Shown here piece after piece: positions 31,710-43,181 of a stretch of DNA of 64,000 nucleotides. The translations under genes and the position numbers were made by a program. The stretch comes from an uncultured Alphaproteobacteria bacterium (lineage in GTDB: Bacteria; Pseudomonadota; Alphaproteobacteria; Rhizobiales; Kaistiaceae), in contig CAVTBC010000003.1 in assembly GCA_963732865.1 (NCBI GenBank), positions 112,481 through 176,480 of the forward strand, given 5' to 3'. The first letter of the stretch is position 1. Every line of letters starts with the position of its first letter. The notes beneath the pieces are model-generated. The model was not told the DNA's origin. It was given only the letters and a program-made list of their open reading frames with translations, and ran no database searches.

Positions 31710-32156
31710 CTAGGAAGGGATCCGCCGCAGGCGGATAACGACGTCGATGCGGCTGATCTCGGTGCCCGGCGGCGGTGCCGGCAGGCGGTCGAGGCCAAGG
31801 GCATCTTCCGGAACGTCGAACATCACATTGTCGTCTTCGAGGAAGAAGTGGTGATGATCGGTGACGTTCGTGTCGAAATAGGTCTTCGAGCCGTCGAGCG
31901 GGACTTCGCGCAGCAGGCCGGCGGCCGTGAACTGGTGCAGCGTGTTGTAAACCGTGGCGAGCGAAACCGGGACATCGGCCGAAATCGCCTCATCGTGCAG
32001 CGCTTCCGCCGAAATGTGGCGATTTCCCCGGGCAAACAGGAGCTGGGCGAGCGCCAGCCGCTGACGTGTCGGCCGCAGGCCAGCGCCGCGCAGCCTGGCG
32101 CGCGTCGATGTCAACCGGGCGGTATCGCCCCGCGGCGATGCTGGAATGTCGGCCAC
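31710..32156 (-). CDS. irr: Fur-family iron response regulator Irr
   Basis: Close resemblance to rhizobial Irr (GLRPTRQR..L..LLF....RH..AE.L..EA....VPVSLATVYNTL.QF..AGLLREV..DG.KTYFDTNVT.HHHF). The HHH motif is present. The gene is divergent from fabA, as in many Hyphomicrobiales. Confidence 0.82.
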   Translation of the reverse strand: MADIPASPRGDTARLTSTRARLRGAGLRPTRQRLALAQLLFARGNRHISAEALHDEAISADVPVSLATVYNTLHQFTAAGLLREVPLDGSKTYFDTNVTDHHHFFLEDDNVMFDVPEDALGLDRLPAPPPGTEISRIDVVIRLRRIPS

Positions 32157-32432
32157 GTCAGAAACCTTTTGCGTTCCCCATATTATAGGGCTTCAGCGCC
32201 GCCACGCAACTTCGGCGAACCGGCTCTTAGCGGGCCGTTCTAGGCGCTCCAGGCCGGTATGTGGAGCGATTTCTTTGGCGCGCGGCGATGCGTCGCCTCG
32301 CAGCCCGGTAATGGGGTGACACGATGCCCGCGCTCTTTCGGCAGAAGGACCCCTATGTTAGAGACCCGGGCCAAGAGCGACCGGCGACAATGGCGTCGCC
32401 AAACGCTCCAAATAGGAACTGCTGAACAAGGC

Positions 32433-32960
32433 ATGGCCGAACGCCAATCAAGCTTCGCTTACGAAGATCTACTCAGCTGCGCGCGAGGCGAGCTGTTTGG
32501 ACCCGGTAATCCACAATTGCCTTTGCCGCCGATGCTGATGTTCGACCGTATCGGGGAAATCAGCGAAGAAGGCGGCGAGCATGGCAAGGGTCTGCTGCGT
32601 GCCGAGTTGGACGTGCATCCTGATCTCTGGTTCTTCCAATGCCACTTCAAGGGCGATCCGGTGATGCCGGGCTGCCTCGGCCTTGATGCGCTGTGGCAGA
32701 TGCTGGGTTTCTTCCTCGGCTGGATCGGCGGCCTCGGCCATGGCCGCGCCCTTTCGGTCGGCGAGGTGAAGTTCACCGGCCAGGTTCTGCCGAGTGTGAA
32801 ACGTGTGGAATATGGCGTCGATCTCAAGCGTGTGTTCAAATCGAAGCTCTTCCTTGGAATTGGCGATGGCTGGCTGAAAGCCGATGGCGACACCATTTAC
32901 GTCGCGAAGGATCTGCGGGTGGGTCTGTTTCAGACCGATGCTGCTGCGACCGGCGCCTAG
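32433..32960 (+). CDS. fabA: 3-hydroxydecanoyl-ACP dehydratase/isomerase
   Basis: ATG at 32433 ([14 protein letters not shown]). Active-site block [23 protein letters not shown]. Confidence 0.92.
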   Translation: MAERQSSFAYEDLLSCARGELFGPGNPQLPLPPMLMFDRIGEISEEGGEHGKGLLRAELDVHPDLWFFQCHFKGDPVMPGCLGLDALWQMLGFFLGWIGGLGHGRALSVGEVKFTGQVLPSVKRVEYGVDLKRVFKSKLFLGIGDGWLKADGDTIYVAKDLRVGLFQTDAAATGA

Positions 32961-33008
32961 TGGCGCCATGCGTCTGCGGGCGCCATTTTCGGTGAGGGGT
33001 TTATCGTG

Positions 33009-34226
33009 ATGAAGCGCGTCGCCGTTACCGGTATGGGGATCGTCTCGTCGATCGGCAACAACACGCAGGAAGTCCTTGCGTCGCTCCGCGAAGGCCGGTC
33101 GGGAATCGTCCGTGCCGAGCGTTACGCGGAGCTAGGCTTCCGCTGCCAGGTGCATGGCGCGCCGACGCTGAACACCGACGAAGTGCTCGACCGGCGGACG
33201 ACGCGTTTCATGGGCGGCGGCGCGGCGTGGAACTACGTCGCCATGCGCCAGGCAATCCAAGACGCCGGCCTTGAAGAGAATGAAGTCTCCCATGAGCGGA
33301 CGGGCCTGATCATGGGGTCGGGCGGTCCATCGACCCGGTCCATCGTCGAGGCGGCCGATGTCGCCCGCGAAAAGGGGCCGAAACGGGTCGGTCCGTTCGC
33401 CGTGCCGAAGGCGATGTGCTCGACCAATTCGGCAACGCTGGCGACGCCGTTCCACATCAAGGGCGTCAACTATTCGATCTCCTCGGCCTGCGCGACATCG
33501 AACCATTGCATCGGCAACGCCTATGAGACGATCTTGCTCGGCAAGCAGGACATCATTTTCGCCGGCGGCGGCGAGGAGTTGGACTGGACGCTGTCGGTGC
33601 TCTTCGATGGCATGGGCGCCATGTCGAGCCATTTCAACGATCGACCGGAAGTGGCATCCCGCGCCTATGACCGCGACCGCGACGGCTTCGTTATCGCCGG
33701 CGGCGCCGGCGTGCTGGTGTTGGAAGAACTCGAGCACGCCAAGGCGCGTGGCGCCCGCATCTATGGCGAGGTCGTCGGCTATGGCGCGACGTCCGACGGC
33801 TACGACATGGTGGCGCCGTCCGGCGAAGGCGCGGAGCGCTGCATGAAGATGGCGCTCACCAATGTCAGCGAACCGATCGACTACATCAACCCGCACGCCA
33901 CCTCGACGCCGATCGGCGACAAGGTCGAAGTCGAAGCGATCATGAAAGTCTTCGGCGACAAGTGCCCGCCGATTTCCGGGACCAAGTCCCTGACCGGGCA
34001 CTCGCTCGGCGCGACCGGCGCGCAGGAGGCGATCTACTGCCTCCTCATGATGCGGAACGGCTTCATCGCCGCTTCGGCGCATATCGACAATCTCGATCCC
34101 GAATTCGCCAGTGTACCGATCGTGCGTGAACGCATCGACGATGCGGACCTCAATCTCGTCCTTTCCAACAGCTTCGGTTTCGGCGGCACCAACGCCTCGC
34201 TGGTCTTCCAGCGCTACCTCTCCTGA
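33009..34226 (+). CDS. fabB: beta-ketoacyl-ACP synthase I
   Basis: KAS I blocks ([42 protein letters not shown]), positioned directly after fabA. Confidence 0.92.
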   Translation: MKRVAVTGMGIVSSIGNNTQEVLASLREGRSGIVRAERYAELGFRCQVHGAPTLNTDEVLDRRTTRFMGGGAAWNYVAMRQAIQDAGLEENEVSHERTGLIMGSGGPSTRSIVEAADVAREKGPKRVGPFAVPKAMCSTNSATLATPFHIKGVNYSISSACATSNHCIGNAYETILLGKQDIIFAGGGEELDWTLSVLFDGMGAMSSHFNDRPEVASRAYDRDRDGFVIAGGAGVLVLEELEHAKARGARIYGEVVGYGATSDGYDMVAPSGEGAERCMKMALTNVSEPIDYINPHATSTPIGDKVEVEAIMKVFGDKCPPISGTKSLTGHSLGATGAQEAIYCLLMMRNGFIAASAHIDNLDPEFASVPIVRERIDDADLNLVLSNSFGFGGTNASLVFQRYLS

Positions 34227-34236
34227 GAAGGGCGAC

Positions 34237-35049
34237 ATGAGCGAGCTTATGAAGGGGCGCCGTGGTTTGATCATGGGCGTCGCAAATGATCACTCGATTG
34301 CGTGGGGCATAGCGAAGCGGCTTTCTACCGAGGGCGCCGAAATCGCCCTCACCTATCAGCCGCCGCATATGGACCGGCGCGTGAGGCCTTTGGCCGAGGC
34401 GCTTGGTTGCAGCGTTCTCCTCCCCTGCGACGTCAGCCTGGCCAGCGATGCAGACGATCCGGCGGCGCTCGACAATATGTTCGCCGCGCTACGCGAGAGA
34501 TGGGAATCGATCGACTTCGTCGTCCACGCCGTGGCCTATAGCGACCGCGGCGAGCTCGCTGGCCGCTACGCCGACACGACGCGCGCGAATTTCATCAAGA
34601 CCATGGTGGTTTCCTGCTTCTCGTTCACAGAGACGATGAAGCGGGCGGCGACGATGATGCCGAAGGGCGGTGCCGCGGTGACGCTGAGCTATATCGGCGC
34701 CAGCCGGGTCATGCCGAACTACAATGTCATGGGCGTCGCCAAGGCGGCGCTTGAGGCCTCGACACGCTATCTCGCCTCTGATCTCGGTGGCGAGAATATC
34801 CGCGTCAACGCCATCTCGGCCGGGCCGGTGCGTACGCTGGCGGCGTCAGGCGTCGCAAATGCCCGCGTGATCTACAATTACCAGAAGACCACCTCACCGC
34901 TGCGGCGGACGGTGACGATCGACGAAATCGGCGGTACGGCCCTGTATCTGCTGTCGGATCTCGGCTCGGCGGTCACCGGCGAGATTCATTTCGTCGACAC
35001 GGGGTTCAACGTCGTCGGCATGCCGGTGGATTCGCTCAAGCCGAGCTGA
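34237..35049 (+). CDS. fabI: enoyl-ACP reductase (NADH)
   Basis: ATG at 34237 (MSELMKGRRGLIMGVANDHSIAWGIA), with the Y-x6-K region (MGVAKAALE) and ISAGP. Confidence 0.92.
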   Translation: MSELMKGRRGLIMGVANDHSIAWGIAKRLSTEGAEIALTYQPPHMDRRVRPLAEALGCSVLLPCDVSLASDADDPAALDNMFAALRERWESIDFVVHAVAYSDRGELAGRYADTTRANFIKTMVVSCFSFTETMKRAATMMPKGGAAVTLSYIGASRVMPNYNVMGVAKAALEASTRYLASDLGGENIRVNAISAGPVRTLAASGVANARVIYNYQKTTSPLRRTVTIDEIGGTALYLLSDLGSAVTGEIHFVDTGFNVVGMPVDSLKPS

Positions 35050-35056
35050 GGCGGAG

Positions 35057-35326
35057 CTACTCCACGGCGGCCGTTGGAGGTTCGTCTGCGCCGGTGCCGA
35101 GCGCCGGGTTCAACACGCCGCGCAGAGCACGTTCCTCGTCGGTAAACTCGCCGACCTTGGTGGCGACGTCGCCCCAGTTCGGCGGCGGCGCCTCCTCATT
35201 GCCATTGAACACGCTGGCAATGCGGTCGACCAAAGCCTGTCGGCCTTGCGGGTCGGCGTCGAGAATGACCCAAGCGACCGCGCCAATCGTGAAGGCGACG
35301 GTGAGGACGAGGGCGCGGCGCATCAT
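35057..35326 (-). CDS. hypothetical small membrane-anchored protein
   Basis: 89 aa with one N-terminal TM or signal anchor (ALVLTVAFTIGAVAWVIL). Its start overlaps the upstream stop (ATGATG/TGA), which suggests translational coupling. Confidence 0.5.
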   Translation of the reverse strand: MMRRALVLTVAFTIGAVAWVILDADPQGRQALVDRIASVFNGNEEAPPPNWGDVATKVGEFTDEERALRGVLNPALGTGADEPPTAAVE

Positions 35327-36204
35327 GCGCCCGGCAGGACGAGGCCGCCATTGACCTCGTCGATGATGCGCATCAGGTCGCCCCAGGACTGCACCAGCTG
35401 CGACCGCATCAGCTCCAGTGCTTCGATCGTCTCGAGATCGGCCAGGGCCTCCTGCAGCGATTTGGCGAGATTGAGCGTTTGCGCCGCCGCGCGATAGACG
35501 CGGGCGTTCTCGCGCAAAGCGTGGAAGAAGACATCGAGATCATCGGTCTGGTCGCCCATGCGGCCCATGATCTCGTCATGCCGCTGGGAGAATATCTGCC
35601 AGGCGATCACCGCCGCTTCGAGGCTCTGGATCTCGGCATTGTTGGCCTGCTGGGTCAGCTGGTATTTTTCGATATCGACCCGAGTCAACTGGGCGGCATT
35701 GGCCAATTCGCCCTGGATGCGCTGATTGTCGGCGCGTAGTTCTTCGAGCCGCGAGCGCGCATCGGCGATGCGGAAGCCGATCGCGTCGCCGATGGCGTTG
35801 AGCGTCGCGATCTCCTGATAGCGGCGGCTGAACACGTCCGGCGCGATGTCGGCGATATGTTGGAACGAATTGGCGATGTCGGCGATCTCGGCTGCGATCT
35901 GCTGGATCTGCTCGTCGGTCAGCGTCTCTTCATTTTCGGCCAGCGTGCGGATGCGATGGACGGCGTCGATGTTGTCCTGCAGCGCCGTCAATATCTCGGG
36001 GATGGTCGGATCGGTCTGCGTCGCCTCAACGGTGTCGCCGAGCGCCTGGCCAAGCAGGCGGAGGGCCTCATCCTCGGTGGCGTTGTCGAGCACCGTCGGA
36101 TCGATCGGCAGGCTTTGCGCCGCCGACGGGCTCGCCGCTCCCAGCAGGAACAGGCCGAAGACCGCCCCGATTGCCGGCAAAGATCGCAATGAACGGCGCG
36201 CCAT
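35323..36204 (-). CDS. hypothetical secreted all-helical (coiled-coil-like) protein
   Basis: ATG at 36204 with GGAGGAG 8 nt upstream. Signal peptide ...GAASPSAAQ. The protein is acidic and rich in Q, E, A and L. I recognise no family. Confidence 0.68.
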   Translation of the reverse strand: MARRSLRSLPAIGAVFGLFLLGAASPSAAQSLPIDPTVLDNATEDEALRLLGQALGDTVEATQTDPTIPEILTALQDNIDAVHRIRTLAENEETLTDEQIQQIAAEIADIANSFQHIADIAPDVFSRRYQEIATLNAIGDAIGFRIADARSRLEELRADNQRIQGELANAAQLTRVDIEKYQLTQQANNAEIQSLEAAVIAWQIFSQRHDEIMGRMGDQTDDLDVFFHALRENARVYRAAAQTLNLAKSLQEALADLETIEALELMRSQLVQSWGDLMRIIDEVNGGLVLPGA

Positions 36205-36317
36205 CTGGCCAACTCCTCCCCGAAATCATCCACCGGAACGTGACGGCCATTATGGTCCGAATTGTGGTGCGCGGCGATTGCCCATCCGCGGCGGATGGCG
36301 CGGGCCTGAAAGTGGAA

Positions 36318-36343
36318 GGGCCGCGCCGTTGCCGGCGCGGCCC
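36318..36343 (-). terminator. GC-rich hairpin downstream of the small lipoprotein gene
   Basis: GGGCCGCGCC-GTTGCC-GGCGCGGCCC, a 10-bp stem. On the minus strand the following sequence is only moderately T-rich. Confidence 0.4.
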
Positions 36344-36536
36344 ATGCCCCCCTTACCGAACCCCCCGGCTCGGCATGACCCTACGATGCTCGTGAGAAGA
36401 TCGTTTCGTCTTGGCCACGTTGGTCCGACATCCACGGCAAGGCAAGCCTAACCGGGCCGCATGGACCGAGCTGTGGCGACATTGTTGCCGCGCTGTGGCG
36501 GTGATGCCACAGGCGGATGGGCCGCGCTGTCGCCGC

Positions 36537-36722
36537 CTAGGGCGAAGGAAGATATTGGCTGAAGTCAGTGTTGCGGATGATCAAATAGCCGCCGGCGACG
36601 CCAGCAGCAGCAACCCCGGCGCAGACCACGGGGCGATTGACGCAGCCGCGAACGGGGTGAACCACGCAGCCAGCGAGGCTGAGACAGGCAAGGGCCGCTA
36701 CCGCGATTACCGCAATCCGCAT
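36537..36722 (-). CDS. small lipoprotein (61 aa)
   Basis: ATG at 36722 with AAGGAAG 9 nt upstream. MRIAVIAVAALACLSLAGC contains a lipobox. Confidence 0.5.
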   Translation of the reverse strand: MRIAVIAVAALACLSLAGCVVHPVRGCVNRPVVCAGVAAAGVAGGYLIIRNTDFSQYLPSP

Positions 36723-36877
36723 CCGTCGATCTTCCTTGCCATCGCCCTGCCCGGCCACGCGCCGGGCTCGCCATAGACAAACGGTTTCACATTGAAGAAG
36801 CGTGAATGTTCAGCCAGCGTCGCTGCGACGCGCACCGGCTCCTTGCCGGTCTTTGGGGCGGGTGCTACGGCCACGCC

Positions 36878-38684
<1,807 letters not shown>

Positions 38685-38709
38685 CACCTCACAAAGTGGG
38701 GCGCTCGCG

Positions 38710-39996
38710 TTGCGCTTCCTCGCCCGACTCAGTTGCCGCTGGTATCGTTCCGCGGAATGGGGATTTCGACCCAATTCTGTCGCCGGCCGTGACGGGCGGG
38801 CTGCGGGCCGCTGGCATACAGCCGGGCGGGTGTGGGTTTTGTGCGCCGCGTTGTCGCTTCTTGTCGTCGGCGCCGCTGTCGCCCAGCAGATCCTGACCGG
38901 CTCGGAACTGGCCGGCGTCGCCTTCCCCATCCCGGCCAATCTGTGGGTTCCCGATGCGCAGCGCTCGCAGGCGGCAGCGCTCGACGAAGCGGCGGCGCTG
39001 AACAACAAGGCCTGCGGCCCGACCGAGTTTTTCTTCTGGGATGCGCTCGACGAAGCGACGCATGACAGCATCCGCGTCGGCACCGACACCGCCTTCGCCG
39101 AAGCCGGCTGGTCCATTGCCATCATCAACATCGACCCCGAGGGCAAGCGCGTTTATCTCGCCACCCGCGGCGAGGACCAGTTGGTGATGGCCTGGCTGCC
39201 GATGCCGGAAACACTGGGGCTGGTGCTGTGCGTCGTCACCGGCGACCGCACCACCAATGCGGGGATCGGCGCCATCGCCAACCCGGCCCAGGAAGCAATG
39301 CCGGTGCCCCGGCCGCGCCCGGATCCGAACGCGCCGGTGGAGACGGTCGCGGAGGAGCCAGCGCCGACCCCGGCCGTGACAGCCCCTGTGGGGGAGGAAC
39401 CGACCCCGGTCCCGGCAGCAGCCGACACGGACACGACCGGCGACGCGATCGGCGTTCTCATCACGGCGCAGAACGATACCGAGACCGCGCCGCCAGACGC
39501 GACCGAAACGGACGAAGCACCTGCGTCGGGCGGCTCGATATCGTTTGGCCTGATCGCCCTCGCCGTCGCCTTCGGGATCGCCGCCGTCTTTCTGGTGCGC
39601 TGGGGACGGGCCGGAGCACGCGCCGCGGCGGGCGCCACATGGCCGACGACGCTCGCGACGGTGATCTACAGCGACGTCGCTTCGGAGGAGACGGGGGGCC
39701 AAGGCAGGAAATCCGCCCGCTATGTCCCAGTCGTTGCCTATGAATATGTCGTCGACGATGTTCCCTATCAGGCGGCCCGGCTTCGCTTCGGCGATTCCAG
39801 TTCGGCCAGGATCGCCGAGGCGCAGAAGACCGTGGAGCGTTTCCCGGTCGGGGCCGGCATCGAGATACGCTACGACCCGAAGAACCCCGGAGACGCGACT
39901 ATCGAAGCCGACCCCGATCGCCTCGAACTTCGGTTGATTGGCGGCATCGCGCTCGCAGTTCTTGCCGTTGCGGCGTTGATCAACGCGGTCGGGTGA
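38710..39996 (+). CDS. modular membrane protein with a secreted N-terminal domain, a Pro/Thr/Ala linker and a TM-DUF3592-TM C-terminus
   Basis: The C-terminal pattern WPTTLATVIYSDV...YVPVVAYEYVVDDVPYQAARLRFGD...FPVGAGIEIRYDPKNPGDATI is DUF3592-like and flanked by TM helices. The start is uncertain: TTG at 38710 or GTG at 38830, just before VLCAALSLLVVGAAVA. Confidence 0.62.
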   Translation: MRFLARLSCRWYRSAEWGFRPNSVAGRDGRAAGRWHTAGRVWVLCAALSLLVVGAAVAQQILTGSELAGVAFPIPANLWVPDAQRSQAAALDEAAALNNKACGPTEFFFWDALDEATHDSIRVGTDTAFAEAGWSIAIINIDPEGKRVYLATRGEDQLVMAWLPMPETLGLVLCVVTGDRTTNAGIGAIANPAQEAMPVPRPRPDPNAPVETVAEEPAPTPAVTAPVGEEPTPVPAAADTDTTGDAIGVLITAQNDTETAPPDATETDEAPASGGSISFGLIALAVAFGIAAVFLVRWGRAGARAAAGATWPTTLATVIYSDVASEETGGQGRKSARYVPVVAYEYVVDDVPYQAARLRFGDSSSARIAEAQKTVERFPVGAGIEIRYDPKNPGDATIEADPDRLELRLIGGIALAVLAVAALINAVG

Positions 39997-40043
39997 CCGT
40001 ACAGTCGGATTGACGGTCCGCCTCCGACCCCGTCAAGGAGCTC

Positions 40044-40811
40044 ATGTCAGGCCAGCATCGCGTCATTGATTCGACCGGAGAATCCACCGGTCTGCCGCTT
40101 TCGGCCTCCGGCTACGCTATCTTCTTCGACGTCGACGGCACGCTGATTGACTTGGCGGCGACCCCGGAGGCCGTAGTCGTTCCGCCCGAACTCGTGGCCG
40201 ACCTCGGCCGGCTGCGTGAATCGGCCGAAGGGGCGCTCGCCCTTGTTTCGGGCCGATCGATCGACACTCTGGACGCACTGTTTGCCCCCGGCCGGTTCAC
40301 GCTGGTTGGGCTTCACGGCAGTCAGTTCCGCGAGCCGGATGGGGTCGAGACCGTGATTCCGACGCCTCCCCTGCTGCGCGCCGCCGAGCCGATGCTCGCC
40401 GCGTTGGTGGGACGCTTCCCGGGCACCCAACTCGAGGACAAGGGCGGCTCGATCGCCGTTCACTTCCGAGGCGCGCCCGCCGCCGGGCCGGAAATCGAGG
40501 CCGTGCTCGAGGATATGGCAGCGGCGTCGGATGGAATCCTGGCGGCGCAGAAGGGCAAGATGGTGATCGAGTTGAAGGCCGCTGGCGCGAGTAAGGGCGC
40601 GGCCGTCAAGCGGCTGATGAAGGACATTCCGTTCGCCGGCAGGGAACCAATCGCCGTCGGCGACGACGTTACCGACGAGGAGATGTTTGCGGTTGTCAAC
40701 GAGCTGGGCGGCATGACGATCCGGGTCGGGCCGCCCGACCGCCCGACGAAGGCCCGGTACCGGATCGAGACGCCGGAGGCAGTACGAAATTGGCTGGCGG
40801 CGGTGAAATGA
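40044..40811 (+). CDS. otsB: trehalose-6-phosphate phosphatase
   Basis: HAD motif I FFDVDGTL, later GDDVTDE, and adjacency to otsA. Confidence 0.87.
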   Translation: MSGQHRVIDSTGESTGLPLSASGYAIFFDVDGTLIDLAATPEAVVVPPELVADLGRLRESAEGALALVSGRSIDTLDALFAPGRFTLVGLHGSQFREPDGVETVIPTPPLLRAAEPMLAALVGRFPGTQLEDKGGSIAVHFRGAPAAGPEIEAVLEDMAAASDGILAAQKGKMVIELKAAGASKGAAVKRLMKDIPFAGREPIAVGDDVTDEEMFAVVNELGGMTIRVGPPDRPTKARYRIETPEAVRNWLAAVK

Positions 40812-40905
40812 TGATGAACGCCTTCCCTTCGTCACGCTCTCTTCTGATATTGTGTGCAATAGTGACGCGGCGAGTTAGCGCGCCAAATGTAGAGAGAGGC
40901 CCGGA

Positions 40906-42420
40906 GTGAGCCGCCTCATTGTCGTATCGAATCGCGTCCCGGCGCCCGGCGATCAGACCGCCAGCGCCGGAGGTTTGGCGGTTGCGTTGCAGGCGGCCCT
41001 CGAACAGCATGGCGGCATGTGGTTCGGCTGGTCGGGCGAATCGTCCGGCGACCGCGAGACTGACCGCCTGACGACGACCGAGGTCGGTAACGTCACCTAC
41101 GCCCTTGTCGACCTGACGCGGCGCGACCTGGACGAGTATTATTCCGGTTTCGCCAACCGCGCGCTGTGGCCGCTGTTCCACTATCGGCTCGACCTCACCG
41201 ACTTTTCGCGGCGGGACATGGCGGGCTATTTCCGCGTCAACCGCTTCTTCGCCCGCATGCTGGCGCCGCTGATCCAACCGGACGACATCATCTGGGTGCA
41301 TGACTATCATTTGATCCCGCTGGCGGCCGAGCTGCGCCATATGGGCCTGAAGAACCGCATGGGGTTCTTCCTGCATATTCCCTGGCCGCCACCGGATGTG
41401 CTGTTCGCGCTGCCGCCGCATGAGACGATCGTGCGCGGCCTGTCGAGCTATGACCTCGTCGGCTTCCAGACCGAGTTCGACGCCGAGAATTTTGCCGCCT
41501 GCCTGATCCGCGAGGGTCTGGGCAGCCGGGTCGGCACGCAGGTGTTCGACGCCTACGGCCGCCTCTTCGCCATGGGCGCCTTCCCGATCGGCATCGACGC
41601 CCCGGAATTCGCGCAGCTCGCTTCCGATTATCGGCGCAATCTGCTGGTCGAACGGATGCTGCGCTCGATCGAGGGGCACAAGTTGATCATCGGCGTCGAC
41701 CGGCTCGATTATTCGAAGGGCCTGCCGGAACGCATTGAAGCTTATGCCCGCTTCATCGAGACGAATCCCGCCAGCCACGGCAAGGTCGTGTTCCTGCAGA
41801 TCACGCCGAAGTCGCGCTCGGAGGTGCCGGAATATGCCGACATGCAACGTGAGATCGCGGAGCTTGCCGGACGCGTGAACGGCCAATTGGGCGACCTCGA
41901 CTGGACGCCCATCCGCTACATCAACCGGACGGTGAAGCGGGCCGCTCTCGCCGGGCTCTACCGCATTGCCAAGGTCGGTCTGGTGACGCCGCTGCGGGAC
42001 GGCATGAACCTCGTCGCCAAGGAATATGTCGCCTCGCAGGATGCCGAGGATCCCGGAGTACTGATCCTCTCGCGCTTCGCCGGCGCGGCGCGCGAGCTCG
42101 ACGGAGCGATCCTCGTCAATCCGTACGACACGGAAGACATCGCTCACGCGATCGCGGCGGCGATGGATATGTCTCTGGTGGAGCGCCAGGAGCGCTGGGC
42201 GACGATGCGCGAAAACGTCTTCACCAACGACGTGCGGCATTGGTGCGACAGTTTCCTGGCGACCTTGAAGAAGACGCGGGTCATGGCGGCCGCTGAACTG
42301 CAGGCGGCCACCACACACGGTCTCAGCAGCGAACCCGCCAGCTTCGCGCGCCCAAAGGCCGTTGCCGGCGCCAAGCGAGCCTTCGCCGAGGTCGGCGCCG
42401 GCGGCCCGGAACGAAGCTAG
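40906..42420 (+). CDS. otsA: alpha,alpha-trehalose-phosphate synthase (UDP-forming)
   Basis: GT20 blocks ([42 protein letters not shown]). GTG start at 40906. Confidence 0.92.
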   Translation: MSRLIVVSNRVPAPGDQTASAGGLAVALQAALEQHGGMWFGWSGESSGDRETDRLTTTEVGNVTYALVDLTRRDLDEYYSGFANRALWPLFHYRLDLTDFSRRDMAGYFRVNRFFARMLAPLIQPDDIIWVHDYHLIPLAAELRHMGLKNRMGFFLHIPWPPPDVLFALPPHETIVRGLSSYDLVGFQTEFDAENFAACLIREGLGSRVGTQVFDAYGRLFAMGAFPIGIDAPEFAQLASDYRRNLLVERMLRSIEGHKLIIGVDRLDYSKGLPERIEAYARFIETNPASHGKVVFLQITPKSRSEVPEYADMQREIAELAGRVNGQLGDLDWTPIRYINRTVKRAALAGLYRIAKVGLVTPLRDGMNLVAKEYVASQDAEDPGVLILSRFAGAARELDGAILVNPYDTEDIAHAIAAAMDMSLVERQERWATMRENVFTNDVRHWCDSFLATLKKTRVMAAAELQAATTHGLSSEPASFARPKAVAGAKRAFAEVGAGGPERS

Positions 42421-43081
42421 GCGTTGGCCGCGGCAGGCACCGGACAGGTCACGCCGGTGCCGCCCAGGCCACAATAGCCATCCGGATTCTTGGCCAGATA
42501 TTGCTGGTGGTAGGCCTCGGCATAATAGAACGGCCCCACCTCGGCGATCTCGGTCGTGATGGGTCCGTAGCCCTTGGCCTTAAGCTCGGCGGAATACATC
42601 CGCGCCGCCGCTCTGCCTCCGCCCGCTCTCGCCTGCGTCGCCGACATAGATCGCCGAGCGATACTGCGTGCCGACGTCATTGCCCTGACGCATTCCCTGA
42701 GTTGGATCATGCGCTTCGAAGAATGCCTTCAGAAGCTGGCCGAAGCTGATCAGCTTGGGGTCGTAGGCGACGAGAACGACCTCGGTGTGGCCCGTCCGGC
42801 CGGAGCAGACTTCCTGATAGGTCGGGTTCGGCGTCGTGCCGCCGGCATAGCCGACCGCCGTCACCCAGACGCCGTCCAGCTTGCCAGAAGATCCGCTCGG
42901 CGCCCCAGAAGCAGCCGAGGCCGAAGACCACCGTCTTGATCCCCTCGGGAAAGGGCGGATGGATGGACCGGCCGCTGACGAAATGCCGGTCGGCCGTCGG
43001 GATGGCGTCCGCCCGCCCCGGGAGCGCGCTCTCGGGCGACGGCATTGCGAGCTTGGCGGAGAAGCGATCGAAGAGTCCCAT
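42417..43081 (-). pseudogene. msrA: peptide-methionine (S)-S-oxide reductase with two +1 frame disruptions (about 42881 and about 42641)
   Basis: Three overlapping minus-strand ORFs join into an MsrA. They read [14 protein letters not shown], then [14 protein letters not shown]...[10 protein letters not shown], then ATQARA...[14 protein letters not shown]. The span is 665 nt, which is 3n+2. Confidence 0.85.
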
Positions 43082-43107
43082 CAAACACCTCCTGGCGTTG
43101 GTCTCTT

Positions 43108-43129
43108 GCAAACCAACATATAGGTTTGC
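43108..43129. promoter_or_regulatory. inverted repeat in the divergent msrA / aldo-keto reductase intergenic region
   Basis: GCAAACC-AACATATA-GGTTTGC, with 7-bp arms and an 8-nt AT-rich spacer, lying between starts at 43081 (-) and 43182 (+). Confidence 0.3.
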
Positions 43130-43181
43130 CTGTGGTCAGGCTCCATTGCTCGCCAAGTCACAATGACAGGAGGTTCGCCAA

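Noticed and set aside
40696-42474. 592-aa minus-strand ORF
   Set aside because: It is antisense to otsA and is a GC-driven shadow ORF. The same reasoning applies to 13827-15221(-), 20295-21506(-), 22531-23913(+), 33132-34274(-), 37746-39146(-), 38689-39702(-), 55035-56843(+) and 60781-61575(+).
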